Assembly (NCBI GenBank): GCA_964409035.1
Contig: CAYPBQ010000003.1
Coordinates: 105,530 to 169,529 of the forward strand
Origin: an uncultured Candidatus Saccharibacteria bacterium
Lineage (GTDB): Bacteria; Patescibacteriota; Minisyncoccia; Phycocordibacterales; UBA12088
Reading direction: 5' to 3'
Length of the DNA: 64,000 nt
The first letter of the stretch is position 1; the number at the start of each line of letters is the position of its first letter. The notes under the pieces are model-generated. The model was not told where the DNA came from and made no database searches. It saw only the letters and a program-made list of their open reading frames with translations. This document shows, piece after piece, positions 58,911-64,000 of the stretch. The position numbers and the translations under genes were made by a program.

Positions 58911-59999
58911 CTAGTGTACTATGAACCCGCCTCCAATACACCGTGTGCCCTCGTATAGAACGAGCGCTTGCCCAGCTGGTATATGAGTAATAGGAGTCTC
59001 AAGCGCTACAATAGTTTGTTCAGGGGTAACTGATACAACGGTGCACGGAAAGAGTGTTTGCCTGTGCCTAAGTCTTCCGGCAATTTTATCGCCTACTTGT
59101 GGTGAGGAGTTTATCCAATTACAAGAGCTGATACGTATCTCGTTGTGATTATATTCTGGTGAAAGGTAACTAGGGTCGTCACTCACTACAAGTACGTTTT
59201 GTTCAACATCCTTTTTTACCACAAAGTACGGTTGTTGCTTATTAGAGTGCGTCTTAGCCAAGAACCCATGACGTTGCCCTACTGTATAAAAAAGCGCGCC
59301 ATCATGAGTACCAATTTCTTCGCCGTGCTGATTCAGCACCACTCCCCTTTTGGTGGTGACAAAGTGAGATAAAAATTCTTTTAGGTCAATATGCCCCACA
59401 AAGCATAGCCCTTGGCTTTCCTTTCGGGATGCACTTGGTAGCATTGCAGTACTCGCCATTTCTCGCACCACGTCTTTTGTTAGGTGTCCTATTGGAAAAA
59501 GTATGTGTGATAATTGTTCTTGACTAAGTGTCCACAAAAAATATGTTTGGTCCTTATTTTCATCAACACTTCTATGAAGCTCATACTCATTTGTTTTTTT
59601 ATTTACTACGCGTCTTGCGTAATGACCAGTTGCTACTGCGTCAAAACCCTCTTTACGTGCGTAAGAAAGAAAGGCGCCGAATTTAACTTCTTTGTTACAT
59701 AATACGTCTGGGTTTGGTGTTCTTCCTGCTACGTACTCATCAATCATGTAGTTGACCACGAGTTGCTTGTATATGTCCGCAAGGTCTACGGTGGTAAAAG
59801 GTACATCTAGGTGCGTAGCTACTTTGAGAGCATCCTTCCTATCCTGCTCTTGTGAACATGGCAAAAAATCAGGTTGCCACACCTTTATAAATCCTGTATG
59901 TACGGCATTTCCTGCTTCCTTGAGTAGATATGCTGAAAGCGAGGAGTCTACCCCACCTGATAAGCCTACTAGTATTTTTTGTTTGCCTTCTTTTGACAT
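58911..59999 (-). CDS. mnmA: tRNA-specific 2-thiouridylase MnmA
   Basis: LSGGVDSS PP-loop, catalytic Cys, 362 aa. Confidence 0.9.
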   Translation of the reverse strand: MSKEGKQKILVGLSGGVDSSLSAYLLKEAGNAVHTGFIKVWQPDFLPCSQEQDRKDALKVATHLDVPFTTVDLADIYKQLVVNYMIDEYVAGRTPNPDVLCNKEVKFGAFLSYARKEGFDAVATGHYARRVVNKKTNEYELHRSVDENKDQTYFLWTLSQEQLSHILFPIGHLTKDVVREMASTAMLPSASRKESQGLCFVGHIDLKEFLSHFVTTKRGVVLNQHGEEIGTHDGALFYTVGQRHGFLAKTHSNKQQPYFVVKKDVEQNVLVVSDDPSYLSPEYNHNEIRISSCNWINSSPQVGDKIAGRLRHRQTLFPCTVVSVTPEQTIVALETPITHIPAGQALVLYEGTRCIGGGFIVH

Positions 60000-60059
60000 G
60001 CTGTCTATTGTATTACATAACCGAAATCAGGAAAGACCACAAATAGTGTGGTTATGACT

Positions 60060-60209
60060 ATGGAGTATGCGTTAGAAATTGGTACCGTGGCATTCATTAT
60101 TATCGTTTTCTTCTGTATTGTACATTTTATTTCTGAGTGGTGGCTATCATCAGAGAAGAATCTGAATCATAGCAGTGATTGTCTAGTCGATGATGATGTT
60201 GAGCTGTAG
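60060..60209 (+). CDS. small membrane peptide (49 aa, MEYALEIGTVAFIIIVFFCIVHFISEWW...)
   Basis: Hand-translated ORF with one TM, followed by its own terminator; not in the ORF track. Confidence 0.35.
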   Translation: MEYALEIGTVAFIIIVFFCIVHFISEWWLSSEKNLNHSSDCLVDDDVEL

Positions 60210-60217
60210 TTTACTCA

Positions 60218-60256
60218 GGTTTCCACTTGCGACTTTGCGAGTGGAAACCTTTGTTG
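60218..60256 (+). terminator. intrinsic terminator (ggtttccac-loop-gtggaaacc-tttgttgt)
   Basis: 9-bp stem plus T-rich tail directly after the first MEY peptide. Confidence 0.45.
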
Positions 60257-60309
60257 TATAACGGTACCAGTACCAAGACATATAGATGTCTTGGTCAGAG
60301 GAGAAGGGT

Positions 60310-60468
60310 ATGGAGTACTACATCGGATTCGCTAGCGCTTGGGCGCCAATTGTGGTGGTAATTGCGCTTATAGCAATATACATACTTGGTCAAATGTTCT
60401 GGAGACCACGAAGAAATATTGAGGGAGAGAAAATGAAATCCATATCCGGTCCCGTTTCAAGGGGATGA
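60310..60468 (+). CDS. small membrane peptide (52 aa, MEYYIGFASAWAPIVVVIALIAIYILGQMFW...), paralog of the upstream peptide
   Basis: RBS ggagaaggg 5 nt upstream of ATG 60310; shares the MEY start and single-TM architecture with the 60060 peptide; the track's 60286 start lies inside a hairpin. Confidence 0.45.
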   Translation: MEYYIGFASAWAPIVVVIALIAIYILGQMFWRPRRNIEGEKMKSISGPVSRG

Positions 60469-60470
60469 TG

Positions 60471-60501
60471 ATACCCCCCCGCGCGCTGCGCGGGGGGGTA
60501 T
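60471..60501. terminator. very stable GC hairpin (ataccccccgcg-loop-cgcgggggggtat) between convergent genes
   Basis: About 13-bp stem abutting both stop codons; no clear U-tract. Confidence 0.4.
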
Positions 60502-60503
60502 TC

Positions 60504-61493
60504 CTAATCAAGATATAGCTGCCTATTTCTAATATGCCCAGCAAATGTACTACTGTAGTACATCTTGCCATCGTCACCTGTAAGGTAGAAAAGATAGTTA
60601 GACTTCTTAGGCGAAAGTGCCGCTTCGATAGATGAAAGTCCAGGGTTAGCAATAGGTCCTGGTGGCAATCCTTTATATTTATACACATTGTATGGTGAAT
60701 CTATTTCAAGATCAGAATGTAGTGGGTGGAATGTTTTAGTTCGTTTTATATACCCAAATACTGCATCAATTTGTAGCGGCATATTGATTGCTAGTCTATT
60801 TTCAATTATTCCTGCTATAGCCTGCCTTGTTTCAAATTTGCGCGCCTCCTTTTCAACCAATGAAGCGATAGTAAGAATTTCATCAATGGTATAGCTTGAG
60901 CTTGCCATGAGCCCCGCAAGATGTTCTGTTCTTAGGTAAAAGGTATTCTCCATTTCTCGCACTATCTTTTTAGGCTTATCAGTTGGAAGAAAGAAGTATG
61001 TATCTGGAAAGAGATACCCCTCCTTTCTCTCTGCGAGAGTAAGAAACTCGTCAGCATTGAATGCATACAATGATTTCTCTAAAATATTTGCTATTTGATA
61101 TGATGTTGCACCCTCAGGAATAGTCACCTTGACCGGATGAATACCGTAGTCACCGCTCAGTATTCTTACTGCTACCGTGTAAGCGCCTACTGGCGTGTTA
61201 AAGGCGTAATCACCAGCCTTAAGAGCGCCTCCATCACCCACCATTCTCACCACCACATCAAACATAAACGCAAATCTAATGATCCTTTCCTGCTCAAGTT
61301 GGTGTGAGATGGTTGAAAGAGTTCCTCCCTCCTCAATGGTAACTATAGTGCCAGATGGAAACGCGCTTGGTGGGCCAATGGTTAGGTATGCTCCTAGCAC
61401 TATAAGACATGCAATTGTACCAGCATAGAATGGTACGGTGATAGGTATTGCTTTGAGCCACAGTAGCCAGGTGATTACGCGAGACTTTTCCAT
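60504..61493 (-). CDS. mltG: endolytic murein transglycosylase MltG (YceG-like)
   Basis: N-terminal TM and YceG domain pattern. Confidence 0.8.
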   Translation of the reverse strand: MEKSRVITWLLWLKAIPITVPFYAGTIACLIVLGAYLTIGPPSAFPSGTIVTIEEGGTLSTISHQLEQERIIRFAFMFDVVVRMVGDGGALKAGDYAFNTPVGAYTVAVRILSGDYGIHPVKVTIPEGATSYQIANILEKSLYAFNADEFLTLAERKEGYLFPDTYFFLPTDKPKKIVREMENTFYLRTEHLAGLMASSSYTIDEILTIASLVEKEARKFETRQAIAGIIENRLAINMPLQIDAVFGYIKRTKTFHPLHSDLEIDSPYNVYKYKGLPPGPIANPGLSSIEAALSPKKSNYLFYLTGDDGKMYYSSTFAGHIRNRQLYLD

Positions 61494-61498
61494 ATTGG

Positions 61499-62755
61499 TT
61501 ATATAGGAAGGTTAGACGGCGCTTCCATTCTGCGTGTTTGTATCTTTTCAAGCATTGGCGTACGCGCAACATCGCCTGGGAAGTGATAAATAGTAGCAAG
61601 CTCTTCCGTAGTAAGTACAAATGGCGTTGGCCAATACTGCATATCAAAAAATGCTCGCCGTCTATACATTCTAAACACTTCTTTCTTTGCGGCGGCACTA
61701 TTCTTACCTCCAAAATCCTGCCAAGGGAAGTTAAAGTCGGCAAGCCACCCTGTTGGTACTATGGTATTCATTTCATTTGAGGCAAAGGGCTTAAACAAGT
61801 TTGCAACCTGCGGCACAATTGATCCGTCATAGGTGTCCTTAGGTCCAAAGTATATTGCACGAATACCAGCTTCAAATGATAATTTCTCTAATGACCGCTC
61901 GAGTGCTTTGACTTTTCTTTGCTGTACATCACTTAACTCGCCAATAGATGGAAGATTCATGGTTCCTCGTGTTGCCTGTAGATCGGTAAGCATCTTTTTA
62001 ATTTCTGCTTTTACCTCATCCTTCATTCTGTCAGTAGTTTTAAACCAGCCAGCATTTTGATCTCCTTTGCGAGCACGTATAACAATCTGTACCCATAATT
62101 GATGCTGAGGTCCCACAAGGCTAAGCAACTCAAGCACTGCGGTTATTGGGTCAACTTTGTATTCCTCCTTTGGATTTTTATCTAGACCATAATCAATATA
62201 GGTAAGAATTGGATACGCGTCTTTTTGTCGTAGCTTATAGTCACACCCCCACAAATTCATAGTGGACTCATCGTACTCACGCAATCTTGCGTAATCCTCA
62301 GATTCAATAATCTGTATATCAGGGTACTGCGCGTATAGCTGTGCTTCAACTTGGTTCTTAAAAAATGAACGGGTGCGTATAAAAAATTTTACCTTGCCTC
62401 CATCTGATACTAGTTCAAGAGACCAAAAGGGTCGCATCTTTGCGAGAACGTACTTATCGTAAAATGTCCCCTCTCCTCCTGCGTTGTGAATGTTGGTAAG
62501 GAATACCTCCATTGCAAGAGGAGACTTATCAATAATGCGAGGGAGCTTTATCTCAAGCAGTGAGTACTTTTGTTTAGAAAGAAAGAAAGCTCGTCTAAAG
62601 TACCATGAGATGCGCCATAGGCCGTATCCAAAAAGTACGGGCGCCCAAATTGGAGAGAGTCGTACAAGTACCACCGCGATGTCGTACGCAAGTGACGGAA
62701 AAAACACAACAATGAACAATCCCACTGTTGCAAATATATATAGATACATACGCAT
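61499..62755 (-). CDS. hypothetical membrane protein (two N-terminal TM, large cytoplasmic domain, no P-loop)
   Basis: ORF/topology only; 6 nt upstream of mltG. Confidence 0.45.
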   Translation of the reverse strand: MRMYLYIFATVGLFIVVFFPSLAYDIAVVLVRLSPIWAPVLFGYGLWRISWYFRRAFFLSKQKYSLLEIKLPRIIDKSPLAMEVFLTNIHNAGGEGTFYDKYVLAKMRPFWSLELVSDGGKVKFFIRTRSFFKNQVEAQLYAQYPDIQIIESEDYARLREYDESTMNLWGCDYKLRQKDAYPILTYIDYGLDKNPKEEYKVDPITAVLELLSLVGPQHQLWVQIVIRARKGDQNAGWFKTTDRMKDEVKAEIKKMLTDLQATRGTMNLPSIGELSDVQQRKVKALERSLEKLSFEAGIRAIYFGPKDTYDGSIVPQVANLFKPFASNEMNTIVPTGWLADFNFPWQDFGGKNSAAAKKEVFRMYRRRAFFDMQYWPTPFVLTTEELATIYHFPGDVARTPMLEKIQTRRMEAPSNLPI

Positions 62756-62813
62756 GCCAATACAGTATAGCAGTCTAGTGCGTATGATTAAAAGCGCCTA
62801 GTGGGAATGTAAC

Positions 62814-63851
62814 CTACTCATCATCACGCAAGACGTAGTGACCTTGCTTATCTCGCTTAAAGAGGTTGGTATCCTGAAGATTAACAACAATGGTGTTGTC
62901 CTTAACATAACGCTCGCGCTTCACTCGCTCAACAATATCTTGCCGTGAAAGTGCGCCATTTGCTCTAAGAATATCTATTATTACATCTTTAACTACACCA
63001 TTTGCGTATCCCCATTCCTTAAGAGCATAAAGTCCTCTTCCAACAAGCACAAAGCGGCCATCCTTTATGAGTTCATTATGGCAGGTAGCTTCATGAGCCT
63101 TCTTATTAAATAGTTCAGTTATTGCGTGCGCAACTTCCCTGAAGTGCATTGGCGAACCATGTCGCTTGATAACAAGATATGCATAGTCTCGTATACCCTT
63201 AACGCGTACATTTGGAGAATCAAACCTCCCCCATTCTCCTAGTGGATTTCTACCAAGCTGCTTTGAAAGTGATAGCCAGCGCCGCACAATTTCTTCGTTG
63301 AGATAGGTATCGTTAATACCTTTAAGGTCATCAAGAATTCTTTCAATAAGATCATGCTCAGGAATAAGCTCATCATCAGCAAGATTCTTGTATAGAGTTT
63401 TTAATGACTTCTGAACCTTTTCAGCTAAATCCTTGTCTACCAACCAGCGATTCTTTAGCTCTGGAGTTTCTTTTTCATGAACAAAGGGAATACCAACCAC
63501 AAGCAGTAAGTGGAAATGATTTTGCGTGACAGACTCTTTTGAAAGAAGTGGCAAAAGCTCCTCTTCAGCGATAACACCTCCGTAACCCTCGATTACCGCT
63601 TTTAGCTCCTCAAAGACCTGAGCATGCTCATCAAAAACTTTTGATTTTCGTATTAGTGATAACGCGTAGTTTTCAATTTGTCGTACGCGTTCTCTGGTAA
63701 TGCCATATCTGCCTCCGATTGCCTCAAGGGTCATTCGCTCGGGGTTTTTACCAAGTCCATATCTGCTCTCCAACACCTCACGGGCCCTTGTTGGGAGTAC
63801 GGAAAGAAGCTTTTTTGTGATTTGTTTTGGCTTAAATGTTGGCTTTACCAT
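62814..63851 (-). CDS. putative transcription factor with N-terminal sigma70 region-4 HTH and C-terminal HARE-HTH domain
   Basis: LPTRAREVLESRYGL...TLEAIGGRYGITRERVRQIENYAL is a sigma70 region 4; C-terminal SPMHFREVAHAITELF...DGRFVLVGRGLYALKEW matches the HARE-HTH (RpoE-delta N-terminal type). Confidence 0.6.
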   Translation of the reverse strand: MVKPTFKPKQITKKLLSVLPTRAREVLESRYGLGKNPERMTLEAIGGRYGITRERVRQIENYALSLIRKSKVFDEHAQVFEELKAVIEGYGGVIAEEELLPLLSKESVTQNHFHLLLVVGIPFVHEKETPELKNRWLVDKDLAEKVQKSLKTLYKNLADDELIPEHDLIERILDDLKGINDTYLNEEIVRRWLSLSKQLGRNPLGEWGRFDSPNVRVKGIRDYAYLVIKRHGSPMHFREVAHAITELFNKKAHEATCHNELIKDGRFVLVGRGLYALKEWGYANGVVKDVIIDILRANGALSRQDIVERVKRERYVKDNTIVVNLQDTNLFKRDKQGHYVLRDDE

Positions 63852-64000
63852 ATACGTTTGTTATTTGTAACACATCAAATGAATTACGTCAATAATGCAC
63901 AAATCTAGCTACGGCGCAGTTACGTAGCTTATAATTTTGTTCTCCACGTACACGATTTTTGATGGCTCTCCCTGCCCTAGCCACTTTTGTATCTCATCTA

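Noticed and set aside
60286-60309. Longer 60-aa start (MSWSEEKG...) for the second MEY peptide
   Set aside because: That ATG lies inside a perfect 9-bp hairpin and has no RBS. The ATG at 60310 has a GGAGAAGGG Shine-Dalgarno sequence.
63678-63908. 76-aa + strand ORF at the window end
   Set aside because: It is antisense to the well-supported sigma-region-4/HARE-HTH gene and its promoter region, with no RBS or homology signal. A possible partial minus-strand CDS tail (63919..64000) is too short to call.
1-64000. CRISPR arrays, tRNA or rRNA genes
   Set aside because: No regularly spaced direct repeats and no tRNA- or rRNA-like conserved segments were seen on inspection. Intergenic space is minimal apart from the elements described.

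Overview
This is a 64 kb, AT-rich (roughly 40% GC), very gene-dense stretch of bacterial chromosome. Its gene content resembles a small-genome Patescibacteria (CPR)-like organism: an archaeal-type AspRS, a short AlaRS, a Cys-less ribosomal protein L36 and many small hypothetical membrane proteins. The CPR assignment is an inference only.

Most of the window is housekeeping:
- A ribosomal cluster infA-rpmJ-rpsM-rpsK-rpsD-rpoA-rplQ, then rplM-rpsI, with rplU, rplI and rpmA elsewhere.
- Five aminoacyl-tRNA synthetases: cysS, gltX, aspS, trpS and alaS.
- grpE-dnaK-dnaJ and recR-dnaB.
- A dcw fragment (dacC-like, mraY, ftsW, murG) plus scpA/scpB.
- An oxidative pentose-phosphate operon zwf-pgl-LOG-SIS-glk.
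- A P-type Ca-ATPase, CorA, RmuC, CtpA, PepF, MnmA, MltG, MgtC, DoxX and YibE/F.

I found no CRISPR array, tRNA or rRNA.

The non-routine content is:
1. A 1.2 kb GC-rich (about 48-62% GC) inserted island carrying a CooC/MinD-type P-loop ATPase and a Cys-rich 130-aa protein. It sits next to a Fur-family regulator whose promoter region holds tandem TTGCAA-N5-TTGCAT operator-like repeats.
2. Two structured small-RNA candidates of about 160 nt with the same architecture. Each has a sigma70-like promoter, a 5' hairpin, a perfect 13-bp GC stem enclosing an inner hairpin, and an intrinsic terminator. One lies immediately upstream of an unannotated 34-aa membrane peptide and may be a riboswitch or attenuator.
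3. An ATP-cone domain fused to an Mrr-like restriction-endonuclease domain, beside a Cas4-like Fe-S PD-(D/E)XK nuclease whose gene overlaps an MGMT-domain-only gene.
4. A lipid operon pairing a cyanobacterial acyl-ACP-reductase-like protein with a PlsC acyltransferase and an orphan 7TM histidine kinase.
5. Twin unannotated MEY-initiated small membrane peptides, each with its own terminator.
6. A degenerate actin-like (FtsA/PilM-like) protein plus a bitopic partner.
7. A protein with an N-terminal sigma70 region 4 and a C-terminal HARE-HTH domain.
8. A decayed serine-recombinase remnant at the window start.
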